A stretch of 64,000 nucleotides of DNA from Vulcanimicrobiota bacterium. Its GTDB lineage: Bacteria > Vulcanimicrobiota > Xenobia > Xenobiales > JADMJV01. The notes under the pieces were generated by a model, which had not been told where the DNA came from, made no database searches, and saw nothing but the letters and a program-made list of their open reading frames with translations. Position numbers and translations under genes: made by a program. The stretch covers positions 1 to 64,000 of the forward strand of contig JBFWNU010000008.1 of NCBI GenBank assembly GCA_050250895.1, read 5' to 3'. Of the stretch, positions 19,787 to 29,179 are shown one piece after another; position 1 is the first letter of the stretch; every line of letters begins with the position of its first letter.

Positions 19787-20244
19787 TAAAGGGCGGCTTT
19801 GACCTCTTCCAGGTCGGGCTTGACGCCGGCGTTCTCACTGACCCAGGCGTAGCGGATCATGCCGTCCGTGCCGATCACGAAAACCGAGCGTTTGGCCACG
19901 CCGCGCATGCCGAGGAAATCCTCATAGAGCACGTCGAAAGCGGTCGCCGCCTCTTTATTGAAATCTGACAGCAAGGGGAACTCGAGGTTGTTCTTTTGAG
20001 CGAACACATCCAGCGAAAAGCGAGAATCGACCGAGATGCCGTAGACCTGGGCTTTGAGGCTGCCGAAATCGGCCATGCCGTCACGGAATTCGCACATCTC
20101 CTGGGTGCACACGCCGGTGAAGGCCATGGGGAAGAAGGCCAGTACGACCGGTCCGTTCTTGAGCTGTTCCGAGAGCCGGACCTTTTCATTCTTGTTCGAG
20201 ACCAGCTCGAAGTCGGGTGCCTTCACGTTAGTTCCTACGCTCAT
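19786..20244 (-). CDS. Peroxiredoxin (AhpE/BCP-like)
   Basis: APDFEL, FFPMAFTGVCTQEMC, GISVD, LLSDF, RSVFVI. Confidence 0.93.
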   Translation of the reverse strand: MSVGTNVKAPDFELVSNKNEKVRLSEQLKNGPVVLAFFPMAFTGVCTQEMCEFRDGMADFGSLKAQVYGISVDSRFSLDVFAQKNNLEFPLLSDFNKEAATAFDVLYEDFLGMRGVAKRSVFVIGTDGMIRYAWVSENAGVKPDLEEVKAAL

Positions 20245-20315
20245 CGTTCCTCCACGAGATTTGATGGGGCGGGGTTCTCGCCGGCCGGATCAATCCCTCT
20301 CTGGGGGGGCCGCTC

Positions 20316-20729
20316 TTGAGCCTCGACGAGCGACTGGAAAAAGTGGCCTCGCGGCGCGCCAGGGCGCGCCTGCAAGCCGCCTTCGAACTGGCCGGCGCGG
20401 TCGGGCTTGAGGCTCTCGCCCCGACCCGACCGATCGAGCCGTGGCTGATGCTCCATGCCCTGGCGGCTACCCGCACCTGGCTAAAACTGGCTCCACCCCC
20501 GGTCGCCACCAGCGATTTCACGGTGAGCCGCAAAGAGAATCGGCTGACCGTCGCCGTGGCGGGCCAGGTCTGTTTTCAGCTGAGGTTCGTTCCTGACCAT
20601 TGCGCCTGGATGCTTTTGAGCCGGCGCCACGGAAGCTGGTGGCCGGCGGCTTTTGGAAACGGGGGATTGGCGACGCAATGGAAGAATCTACGCCGTTTGT
20701 GGCCTCGCCATTCCCCCGGCAGGAAGTAG
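20316..20729 (+). CDS. Hypothetical protein
   Basis: Most plausible frame in the gap (TTG start); no motif. Confidence 0.5.
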   Translation: MSLDERLEKVASRRARARLQAAFELAGAVGLEALAPTRPIEPWLMLHALAATRTWLKLAPPPVATSDFTVSRKENRLTVAVAGQVCFQLRFVPDHCAWMLLSRRHGSWWPAAFGNGGLATQWKNLRRLWPRHSPGRK

Positions 20730-20829
20730 CTACGGCTGGCCGAAACCTCCACGCAAGGCGAAGAGCCTTGGGACTTGGAGGCATTTCGGCCCGTCTTTCG
20801 TGCCACGAGGGGCGACGTCGGCTCGGTTG

Positions 20830-21510
20830 ATGTTCGGTCTATTTGGCCCAGAGAAAGTGCAGTATGTCGGGCTCAAAGGCGCCATGCTGACCTTCCGCTC
20901 AGGCAGAAAAAAACAGAAAGTCGGCAGGCCGTTGCGCATCCAGTTGGCTGTGCCCGTCGAGACCCGCGTCGAGAACGTCAAGCTCGAAGTGATCGTCGAT
21001 AGTTTTCGTCCGCTGCCTGACGGCGGCAGCATCGTGAGCGGCCGAGCGCTGGTGGACGAGAACTATCTCAAGACTCTCGAGACTTTGTTGGCGGGCGTGC
21101 AAAAGCCCGACCTGGGCCGATCGGCTCGGCGCAGCGAGCGTGTCGACGTTTCCTTGCGCGTGCTCTCTCAGGAAGTGCCCGGCTATCGCGGCGTGACCGT
21201 CGACATCAGCTTGCACGGAGTGCAGCTGGCTATCGAGGGCCCGATGGAGCCGGGTTCCTACCTGAATCTGACCCTCGAACTCGAGCAATCCAACCTGCCC
21301 CAGTTGACCCTGCAAGGGGTGGTGGTCTGGTGCCGAGAGTCGGGTAAGCGAAAGAGCTTCAATACCGGCATCGAGTTCACCCAGCAGCATCCCGAGGTCC
21401 AGCAACTGTGGCAGCAAACCTACCATAACCTGCTGGTTCGCCAGAAAGGATCCGTCCTGCAGCGCTCGCTGTCCGACGGAAACTTCCTCATTCGCGAAAA
21501 CGAGGAGTAA
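20830..21510 (+). CDS. PilZ-domain protein
   Basis: RRSER (RxxxR), DISLHG (DxSxxG), VVWCR, GIEF. Start taken at ATG 20830. Confidence 0.88.
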   Translation: MFGLFGPEKVQYVGLKGAMLTFRSGRKKQKVGRPLRIQLAVPVETRVENVKLEVIVDSFRPLPDGGSIVSGRALVDENYLKTLETLLAGVQKPDLGRSARRSERVDVSLRVLSQEVPGYRGVTVDISLHGVQLAIEGPMEPGSYLNLTLELEQSNLPQLTLQGVVVWCRESGKRKSFNTGIEFTQQHPEVQQLWQQTYHNLLVRQKGSVLQRSLSDGNFLIRENEE

Positions 21511-21513
21511 CCC

Positions 21514-22716
21514 GTGTCGGGACGTCCCATCACATTTCTCTGTTTATCTAATTATGTCAAAGGCGAGCTGCTGCTCGAAGAGTGTCGCGAACTCGGTGTT
21601 CGCACGGTTTTGCTCACCCAGGAGAAGCTCAAAGACGCCCAAGGTTGGCCCGACTGTATTGACGAGACCTTCTACATCAATGACCTCGGGCGCCTCCACG
21701 ACCTGACCCTGGCGGTCAGCTATCTGGCCCGTTCCCGCGACTTTGACGGCGTGATCCCGCTGGACGACTACGCCGTCGAGACGGCCGCCCATCTGCGCGA
21801 GCACCTTCGCTGTCCGGGGATGGGCGCTTCGACGGCGCGCTACTTCCGAGACAAGTTGGCCATGCGCGTGCGGGCCAAAGAGGCTGGATTGAACGTACCT
21901 GCCTTCGTGCACGCGCTCAACCACCGAAAGATCGACGCTTTCACTCGCGAGGCGAGCCCGCCCTGGATGATCAAGCCGCGCTCCGAGGCCGGCTCGGTCC
22001 AGATCAAGAAGATAGAAGACGCCGCCTCGCTCTGGAAGGCAGTCCACAGCCTGGGCGACCGGCAGTCGTTTCACCTGATCGAAACGTACGTGCCCGGCGA
22101 GGTGTTTCACGTCGACTCGGCCGTCTGGGACCGTCAGGTCGTGTTTTCGGTGGGCCATCGCTATTGGCGGCCTCCCTTCAACGTCTGGAACGAGGGCGGG
22201 GTCTTCATGACCGAGCGAGTCGCCACCCACGACCCCCTCTCCGAAGAGTTGCTCGAAGCCAATCGCGTGGCTATCCAGGCCATGGGGCTGGTGCGTGGGG
22301 TCACCCATGTCGAGTTCATTCGAGCCCATCATGACGGCAAGCTGTATTTTCTCGAGCTGGCGGCGCGGGTGGGCGGAGCCCACATCGACCGCCTGGTCGA
22401 GGCCCAGACCGGTATCAATCTGTGGCGCGAATGGGCTCGCCTCGAGAGCGCCTATGTGCGAGGCGAAGAATATCGGGTCGAGCCCACCCGCGATCTGCAC
22501 GGGGGCTTGCTCTTGTGCTTGTCCAAGCAAGAGTGCCCTGACCTTTCCTCTTTTGACGATCCAGAAGTTTCTTGGAAATTAGCCTCAGGTTATCACGCCG
22601 GAATCGTGCTGGCGGGGTCGGATAGCGACCGGGTGCATCACCTCATGGAAGCCTATCGGCAAAGGGTCGAGTCAGACATTCTGGCCATAGCTCCGCCCAC
22701 CAGCAAGCCCGCCTAG
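21514..22716 (+). CDS. ATP-grasp domain protein
   Basis: RDKLAMR, IKPRSEAGS, IETYVPG, THVEF, LELAARVGG. Confidence 0.9.
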   Translation: MSGRPITFLCLSNYVKGELLLEECRELGVRTVLLTQEKLKDAQGWPDCIDETFYINDLGRLHDLTLAVSYLARSRDFDGVIPLDDYAVETAAHLREHLRCPGMGASTARYFRDKLAMRVRAKEAGLNVPAFVHALNHRKIDAFTREASPPWMIKPRSEAGSVQIKKIEDAASLWKAVHSLGDRQSFHLIETYVPGEVFHVDSAVWDRQVVFSVGHRYWRPPFNVWNEGGVFMTERVATHDPLSEELLEANRVAIQAMGLVRGVTHVEFIRAHHDGKLYFLELAARVGGAHIDRLVEAQTGINLWREWARLESAYVRGEEYRVEPTRDLHGGLLLCLSKQECPDLSSFDDPEVSWKLASGYHAGIVLAGSDSDRVHHLMEAYRQRVESDILAIAPPTSKPA

Positions 22717-22810
22717 AGCCCGAATCTTCGCCTTTTACGGACAGATGTTCGGAAGGGATGCCCTGGCGAGAAGAGAAATCCCCATTGAAATCTTCTCAAG
22801 TTGGTGACCT

Positions 22811-23974
22811 TTGGCAGAAGTCCGCCTCAAGAAAGTCAACAAGATCTACCAGGGCAAGGCTCCCGTAAAGAAGGAATGGTGGGAGTTTTGGAAGCCGGGA
22901 CAGGTGCCCAAAGAGGTTCACGTCGTTCGCGACGCCGACCTCGAGATCAAAGATGGCGAGTTCATGGTGCTGGTGGGGCCGTCCGGGTGTGGCAAGTCGA
23001 CCACGCTGCGAATGATCGCGGGGCTCGAGGAACTCACCAATGGCGAGATCTATATCGGCGACCGACTGGTCAACGATGTCTCGCCTAAAGACCGTGATAT
23101 CGCTATGGTCTTTCAGAATTACGCGCTCTATCCTCACATGCGGGTTTACGACAACATGGCCTTTGGGCTCAAGTTGCGCAAGTTCAAGCCCGAGGACATC
23201 GATCAGCGGGTAAAAGAGGCGGCGGCTCTGTTAGGCATAGAGAATCTGCTCGACCGCCGGCCGAAAGAGCTCTCAGGCGGTCAGCGCCAACGCGTGGCCA
23301 TGGGTCGAGCCATCGTGCGCCGGCCGCAGGTCTATCTGATGGACGAGCCTTTGAGCAATCTCGATGCCAAGTTGCGGGTCCAAATGCGGGCCGAACTACA
23401 GAAGCTGCATCGCAAGCTTGGTGTGACCACGGTCTACGTGACTCACGATCAGACCGAGGCGATGACCCTGGGTGACCGTATCGTCATCATGAAAGATGGC
23501 GACATCCAGCAGATCGATTCGCCGCTTAACCTCTACGAGCGTCCCAACAATCTTTTCGTGGCCGGTTTCATAGGCAGTCCCGGCATGAACTTCGTGGCCG
23601 TCAAGATTGTCGAAGACGAACGGGGTCTGGCGGTCGAGGCCAGCGGTTTTCGTTTCGTCCTCACGGCCGAGCAGGCAGCGGTGGTGAAGCCCGGGCCGGC
23701 CACCCTGGGCATCCGCCCCCAAGACGTGGGCGAGGCCAGTCAGGCCGAGGAAGGGGCGGTGAAATTCTCGGCCCAGCTCGAGGTGCTCGAGCCCCTCGGC
23801 TCCGAGAACTATCTCTACTGCAAGGCGGGTCTCGACTCTATCTCCGCGCGGGTGGGCCCTCATAGCCAGGTGAAAGTGGGCGAATCGGTCGAGCTCGCTT
23901 TTCATCCCAGACGATTTCATCTTTTTGATGTAGAAACGACCAACGCTCTGATCCATCCCGTTCCGGTGGAATAA
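22811..23974 (+). CDS. Sugar ABC transporter ATP-binding subunit (MalK/MsmX/UgpC family), no adjacent permease
   Basis: GPSGCGKS, VFQNYALYPHM, LSGGQRQR, DEPLSNLD, FVAGFIGSP. Confidence 0.96.
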   Translation: MAEVRLKKVNKIYQGKAPVKKEWWEFWKPGQVPKEVHVVRDADLEIKDGEFMVLVGPSGCGKSTTLRMIAGLEELTNGEIYIGDRLVNDVSPKDRDIAMVFQNYALYPHMRVYDNMAFGLKLRKFKPEDIDQRVKEAAALLGIENLLDRRPKELSGGQRQRVAMGRAIVRRPQVYLMDEPLSNLDAKLRVQMRAELQKLHRKLGVTTVYVTHDQTEAMTLGDRIVIMKDGDIQQIDSPLNLYERPNNLFVAGFIGSPGMNFVAVKIVEDERGLAVEASGFRFVLTAEQAAVVKPGPATLGIRPQDVGEASQAEEGAVKFSAQLEVLEPLGSENYLYCKAGLDSISARVGPHSQVKVGESVELAFHPRRFHLFDVETTNALIHPVPVE

Positions 23975-23989
23975 AAAGAAAGGCCTGTC

Positions 23990-25108
23990 ATGATACAGAC
24001 TGAGCAAAAGCGCCCCGAGACAGCGGGCCGTCAACTCCTCGAGCCGAGCGAATTCTTTCAAGTCGGCAAAGCCCAAGATGACCTCAAGATCTATCTTCGC
24101 TACGATCTCTTCCGGGCTCTCGACGATTTTGCCGCCAAGGATTCTAGCCGAGAGCAAGCTGGCTTGTTGGTGGGTCGGCTGGGCGACAGCAAAGAGGGAC
24201 CCTTTCTGGTAGTGGAGGATGCCATCGAGATCAGCATCGGTGATGCCAACACCGGTCGCTTCTCGGCCGCCAGCTGGCAGCGCGGCTACCGGATCGCCAA
24301 GACGCGTCACCCTCAGCACGAGATCGTCGGGTGGTTCCACAGCCACCTCGACCAGGGGGTCGAACTGACCGAAGAAGAGCTTTCCATCCATCACCGCCAT
24401 TTCCCCGAAGAATGGCAGCTGATCTACGTGGTCGACCCGGTTCGCCGGGACCGAAACTTTCACGTGCGCACGGGTGACCAGATGACGGCCGTGGAAGGCT
24501 TTCGGATTTTCGGAAAAGAGGGCCGCATGGGAGCGGTGACCAACGCCGAAGTGCGTTCGGTCAAAGCTGATGGCGCCCTCAAAGAGCGCTATGTCGAGCG
24601 CTCGCTCGAAAAGATCCAACGGCAGTTGAGCCAGCCCGGGTTCGCCCCCAAGGATTTGCTGATTATTGCCCTGTTGGTGACCAACCTGCTGCTGTTGTTG
24701 TGGCGACCCTCCCCGCCGGTGAAGGTCGACACCAAAGAACTCGAGCAAGGTCAGGTCGAGATCTCCGAGCAGGTGGGCTCGATGCAGTCGCGCCTGCAAA
24801 AGCTCGAACGCCAGCTTACCGAGGTCTCTATCCTCGACGGCGAGATGAATCTCGACGATGAGGATCTCGATCTGCCCAAGCCCAAAGCCAAGCCCGGCAA
24901 AGCGCAACCGAGCAGCGGTAAAAAGGTTAAACTGCACAAGGTCTCCGGTGGCGACACCCTATCGAGCATCTGCGCCAAGTACTACGACAACTCCACTCCC
25001 AAGGCGACTGCCGCGCTCGCCAGGCACAACAAGTTGAAAGCCCCCTACTATGACATTTTCCCGGGCGACACTCTCAAGATTCCTGACAAATCATCCCTCG
25101 GCCTCTAG
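23990..25108 (+). CDS. JAB/MPN domain + TM helix + coiled coil + LysM protein
   Basis: EQAGLLVG, IVGWFHSH, YVVDP; TM LLIIALLVTNLLLLLW; LysM HKVSGGDTLSSICAKYY...IFPGDTLKIP. Confidence 0.85.
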   Translation: MIQTEQKRPETAGRQLLEPSEFFQVGKAQDDLKIYLRYDLFRALDDFAAKDSSREQAGLLVGRLGDSKEGPFLVVEDAIEISIGDANTGRFSAASWQRGYRIAKTRHPQHEIVGWFHSHLDQGVELTEEELSIHHRHFPEEWQLIYVVDPVRRDRNFHVRTGDQMTAVEGFRIFGKEGRMGAVTNAEVRSVKADGALKERYVERSLEKIQRQLSQPGFAPKDLLIIALLVTNLLLLLWRPSPPVKVDTKELEQGQVEISEQVGSMQSRLQKLERQLTEVSILDGEMNLDDEDLDLPKPKAKPGKAQPSSGKKVKLHKVSGGDTLSSICAKYYDNSTPKATAALARHNKLKAPYYDIFPGDTLKIPDKSSLGL

Positions 25109-25138
25109 TCGGGGGCGGCCCGCGAACGAGACATTCTC

Positions 25139-26035
25139 ATGAAAAGCCGGCTGCCGGCCTGGCGGCTGGTTTTGGTCATTCTCCTCTCGAGCCTGGCCTG
25201 GGGCGCCCCCACCCGGGCCCGTGTAGCGGTCCCCGTGGCCAGTGTGCACCGGGCCCCGGCGGCAGCTTCCGAAAGGGTTACTCAGGCGTTTCTCTGGGAC
25301 CGGGTGGTGGTGCTCGACGCTCGGGGCAGCTGGTCGAAGGTTCTGGTGGTGGATCAGTATCGAACGCCCCACGGCTATCCGGGCTGGGTGCTGAGTAAGC
25401 AGCTGTGGCTCGAGAACGGGCCGGCTCCGACCCAATACTGCATCGTGGCCCGTTCCCGGGCCGGGTTGCGAGCCGAACCCGGCAGCAAGCGCTTGATGGA
25501 GGTCTATCTGGGCACTCGTTTGCCGCTGGCCGAGCCTGTGAGCAACGACGAGAAGTTCTATCGGGTGCGCCTTCCGGGCCAGCAGGCGACCCTTCTGGTG
25601 GCGGCCGAGGATATCACTTTCGAAAACCCCGAAGCCCGAGGGTCAGACATCTTGCGCACCGCCTGGCAGTTGAAAGGAACCAGCTATCTGTGGGGCGGCA
25701 TGAGTGCGGCCGGAATCGACTGCTCGGGGCTGGTCTATGCTGCCTACCGAGTCCACGGCTACACCCTGCCGCGGGACGCCGACCAGCAGTTTTTGGTGGG
25801 GGAGAAGATTGACGAGGACGAGCTCGAAGCGGGGGACCTGGTCTTTTTTGGCGCCACTGCGGACGAGATCACCCACGTCGGTATCTATCGAGGCGATAGC
25901 GAGTTCATTCACGCCTCCAGCGGGGGAGGAGTGACCACCGGGACCCTCGAGGCCGACTATTATTCCGAGCGCTTCCAGGGCGGTCGTCGGATTCTTCGCT
26001 CGGGCCTATCCGAACCCCAGGTGGAGGTGCCTTGA
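25139..26035 (+). CDS. NlpC/P60 (C40) peptidoglycan endopeptidase with SH3-like domains (YkfC-like)
   Basis: Signal peptide; GYPGWV; YLWGG, DCSG, LPRDADQQ, GDLVFF, HVGIY, FIHAS. Confidence 0.93.
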   Translation: MKSRLPAWRLVLVILLSSLAWGAPTRARVAVPVASVHRAPAAASERVTQAFLWDRVVVLDARGSWSKVLVVDQYRTPHGYPGWVLSKQLWLENGPAPTQYCIVARSRAGLRAEPGSKRLMEVYLGTRLPLAEPVSNDEKFYRVRLPGQQATLLVAAEDITFENPEARGSDILRTAWQLKGTSYLWGGMSAAGIDCSGLVYAAYRVHGYTLPRDADQQFLVGEKIDEDELEAGDLVFFGATADEITHVGIYRGDSEFIHASSGGGVTTGTLEADYYSERFQGGRRILRSGLSEPQVEVP

Positions 26036-26541
26036 ACAGGAGATCCTTTTCGGGGGGTGGAACGTGCATCGGGGTAATCGGAGCCTCAGACGTAGACGCG
26101 TCGACGGCCGCCGTGGCCCGCCGGGTGGGCGAAGAGATCGCGTTACGCGGCGGGGTATTGGTGTGCGGCGGCCTGTCCGGCGTTATGGAGGCTGCGGCTG
26201 AAGGTGCCCGTTCGCGAGACGGTCTCACGATCGGTATCTTGCCAGGCAGGCGGGCGCACGAGGCTAACCGGTTTATCTCGGTCGCGGTGGTTACCGGCTT
26301 GGGAGAGGCGCGCAATGCGATCATTGCGCACACCTCGCAGGCTGTGATCGCCATCGGTGGAGCCTACGGGACTTTGTCTGAAATCGCGTTTTGCTTGAAG
26401 TTGGGCGTTCCGGTGGTGGGCCTCCAAACGTGGCGTTTAGGTCACGAACAGGGGGACCTGCCGGACCTGATTCGTCGTGCCCATGAACCGGCCGAGGCTG
26501 TGGCTCTGGCCTTTCGCCTGCTCGAGGGTAAGGCGCTATGA
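26032..26541 (+). CDS. TIGR00725 / LOG-family Rossmann-fold protein
   Basis: CGGLSGVMEA, GILPG, ARNAII, GGAYGTLSEI. Confidence 0.9.
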   Translation: MNRRSFSGGGTCIGVIGASDVDASTAAVARRVGEEIALRGGVLVCGGLSGVMEAAAEGARSRDGLTIGILPGRRAHEANRFISVAVVTGLGEARNAIIAHTSQAVIAIGGAYGTLSEIAFCLKLGVPVVGLQTWRLGHEQGDLPDLIRRAHEPAEAVALAFRLLEGKAL

Positions 26542-26999
26542 AGCCCACCGTCCCCCCCAGTTTTGCCGAAAAGGACCTGAATTACTACTTGAGGATGATC
26601 CGGGGCGATTTTGCCGAGCTAGAAGAAGGCCAGCCGGCCAAGGCCATGAGTTCTTCCAAGCAGAAGAACATCGTGCTGCTGCTTGGTTCCACTGCCCTGG
26701 GCTCGGGCAATCAAGAGCTAGGCGAGCGGTTGCTCAAGTTTTTCATCAAGGCCCTGATCCACAATCGGGTCAAACCCCGGGCCGTCATCCTGGTCAACGA
26801 GGCCGTCCATCTAGCCACCGACGAGTCGGCTGTGCTCGATGATCTGGTGGTGCTCACCGAGCAGGGTGTGAGAATCATGGTCTGCGTGCTCTCGGCGGAC
26901 GAGTATGGCATCGAAGACGGCATCAAGGTCGGCTGCATCGCCGACATGGACAATATCTGCGATTTTCTGTTGACCGCCTGGAAAGTGATTGCCCTCTAG
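26538..26999 (+). CDS. DsrE-fold YedF-like sulfur/selenium relay protein lacking a TusA domain
   Basis: LGSGNQELGERLLKFFI, GVRIMVC, KVGCIADM. Confidence 0.75.
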   Translation: MKPTVPPSFAEKDLNYYLRMIRGDFAELEEGQPAKAMSSSKQKNIVLLLGSTALGSGNQELGERLLKFFIKALIHNRVKPRAVILVNEAVHLATDESAVLDDLVVLTEQGVRIMVCVLSADEYGIEDGIKVGCIADMDNICDFLLTAWKVIAL

Positions 27000-27729
27000 C
27001 CGCGTGGTCTCTATCGTCGTTCCCACCTTCAACGAGAGCGGGGCCATCGAGGCTTTGATTCGGTCGGTCGACGCGGCCATGAAGAGCGCCGAGATCGAGT
27101 ATGAGGTGGTCGTGGTCGACGACAATTCTCCCGACGGAACGGCCGACCTGGTGGAAGGCCTGGCTGGCGAGTTTCCGGTGATGGTGGTGCGCCGAGCGGG
27201 CAAGCTGGGTTTGAGTTCGGCCGTCATCGACGGCTGGATTGCCGCTCAGGGTGACCTGCTGGGAGTGATGGACGCTGATGGCTCGCACGACGAGAAGATT
27301 CTGCCGGCCATGGTCCACTCCATCCTCGAAGGAGAGGCCGATGTGGCCGTCGGCAGTCGCTATGTGCGCGGAGGAGGTTGTGGTGATTGGCCTATGCATC
27401 GCCAGTTGATCTCGCGAGTGGCCGTGCTGATGGGTCGTATTTTCTGCCCGGTTCACGATCTGACCTCGGGCTTTATGGTCTTGCGGCGCGAAGTGGTGGT
27501 TGGTGTGCCGCTGGACCCGATCGGCTTCAAGATTGGTTTAGAGGTGCTGGTGCGGGGCCGATTCGAGACCTTCACCGAAGTGCCTTACGTCTTTAAGGAC
27601 CGGGTCAAAGGACGCAGCAAGCTGGGCTACCAGGAGGTCTACGCCTATCTGGTTCAGCTCAGCCGGCTCTTTCGTCACTATCTTCGCTATCGCCCCCGAC
27701 GGCGCCGGGTGGCCTATTGGACCGGGTAG
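26989..27729 (+). CDS. Polyprenol-phosphate mannose synthase-like GT2
   Basis: VPTFNE, VDDNSPDGT, MDADGSH, GSRYV, DLTSGF. Confidence 0.92.
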   Translation: MPSSRVVSIVVPTFNESGAIEALIRSVDAAMKSAEIEYEVVVVDDNSPDGTADLVEGLAGEFPVMVVRRAGKLGLSSAVIDGWIAAQGDLLGVMDADGSHDEKILPAMVHSILEGEADVAVGSRYVRGGGCGDWPMHRQLISRVAVLMGRIFCPVHDLTSGFMVLRREVVVGVPLDPIGFKIGLEVLVRGRFETFTEVPYVFKDRVKGRSKLGYQEVYAYLVQLSRLFRHYLRYRPRRRRVAYWTG

Positions 27730-28122
27730 ATGGCCTGGTCCGCCGGAGATTTGCGGCTGAAAATCGTCGAAGGGGCCGAGGCCGGCGAATTGTTGCGGCT
27801 CGAATCGCCGGTCATCAAGATTGGCCGGGCCTCGGACGAGGTGGAGAAGATGCCGGGCTGGATCTTCCTCAAAGATCCGACCGTATCGCGATTGCACGCC
27901 GAGCTGAGTTGGCGCTACGAGATTCATGGCTTCAGTCTGGTGCATCATTCTCAGAAGAATCCCACCCTGGTCAACGGCCGCTCGGTGCAGACCGAGGATC
28001 TAAGGATCGGGGACCGAATTCAGATAGGAGCCGTGGTCCTGGAGCTGATTCGCTGCCAGCCCACCTGGCTCAAAGAAACCGATCCGGCGCAGGCTGTGCG
28101 CCGGCCGGCACCTGAGGAGTAA
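27730..28122 (+). CDS. FHA-domain protein
   Basis: IGR, DPTVSRLHA, NPTLVNG, GDRIQIG. Confidence 0.9.
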   Translation: MAWSAGDLRLKIVEGAEAGELLRLESPVIKIGRASDEVEKMPGWIFLKDPTVSRLHAELSWRYEIHGFSLVHHSQKNPTLVNGRSVQTEDLRIGDRIQIGAVVLELIRCQPTWLKETDPAQAVRRPAPEE

Positions 28123-28171
28123 CCTGACGGCTTCGGCCGGGTTTGACCTTAGCGCGAAGGGTGGATTTGTC

Positions 28172-29179
28172 ATGGCGAGCAAGCGTCTCTTGCTGACGTC
28201 TATTTTACTGGTCGGGTTGGCCGGGTTGGTCGGATGGGCTCCGGCCCGGGCCGACACCGAACAACAGAAGATCAAGGCGATCGAAAGCGCCCGCAAGTCG
28301 GTGGTCTCGATTCGGACCTATCGAAGCGGAGCCAAAGAGCCCGGCATCGGTTCGGGGGTCATCTTGCGTTCGGATGGCTACATCCTGACCAATCATCACG
28401 TGATTCGCGACGCCAAGGTCGTCAAGGTGCATCTGGCTGGCGGCAAGCAGTATACGGCCAAGATCTGGAAGAGCGCGCCCGAGCAAGACCTGGCTCTGCT
28501 CAAAGTGGCGGCCAGCGATCTGCCCGTGGCCAAGATCGGCAACTCGGACAACGTCAAACTCGGCCAGACAGCCATCGCCATCGGCGATCCGCTCGGCTTT
28601 ACCGGCACGGTGACCACGGGCACGGTGGGCGGTATCGGACGCGACGTCGAAGCCGGCGGAGTCAACTACAAGAGTCTCATTCAAACCGACGCGGCCATCA
28701 ATCCCGGGTCGTCGGGCGGAGCGCTCATCAATCTCAATGGCGAAGTGGTGGGTATCAACACCCTGGTCTACACCGGCCCCAACTCGTGGAAGCATGCTCA
28801 GGGGTTGGGATTCGCCATTCCCGTCAATGACGCCATCAACATCGCCAAGCAACTGGTGGCCTCTAAGACGACCACCTCGGGCAAGGCCTGGCTGGGCATC
28901 ATGGGCGAGAATCTCACCGCCGATGCGGCTACTGCCTACGGCATTCCGGCCAAGGTGGGAGTGATGGTGACCTCGGTCATCAGCGGCTCGCCCGCCGATG
29001 ACGCCAATCTTCAGGTCGGTGACACCATCACCGCCGCCGATGGCAAGACCGTGCGTAACCTGACCGATCTGGCCGGCATGCTGGCCGCTCGCAAGCCGGG
29101 CGAGATCATGCAGCTGGCCGTCTGGCGGCAGGGCAAGAAATCGACCGTGGCGGTGACTCTTGACGTCCAAAGCCAGTAA
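28172..29179 (+). CDS. HtrA/DegP-family serine protease with one PDZ domain
   Basis: Signal peptide; GSGVI, TNHHV, DLALL, IQTDAAINPGSSGG; PDZ WLGI...SPA...GD. Confidence 0.95.
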   Translation: MASKRLLLTSILLVGLAGLVGWAPARADTEQQKIKAIESARKSVVSIRTYRSGAKEPGIGSGVILRSDGYILTNHHVIRDAKVVKVHLAGGKQYTAKIWKSAPEQDLALLKVAASDLPVAKIGNSDNVKLGQTAIAIGDPLGFTGTVTTGTVGGIGRDVEAGGVNYKSLIQTDAAINPGSSGGALINLNGEVVGINTLVYTGPNSWKHAQGLGFAIPVNDAINIAKQLVASKTTTSGKAWLGIMGENLTADAATAYGIPAKVGVMVTSVISGSPADDANLQVGDTITAADGKTVRNLTDLAGMLAARKPGEIMQLAVWRQGKKSTVAVTLDVQSQ

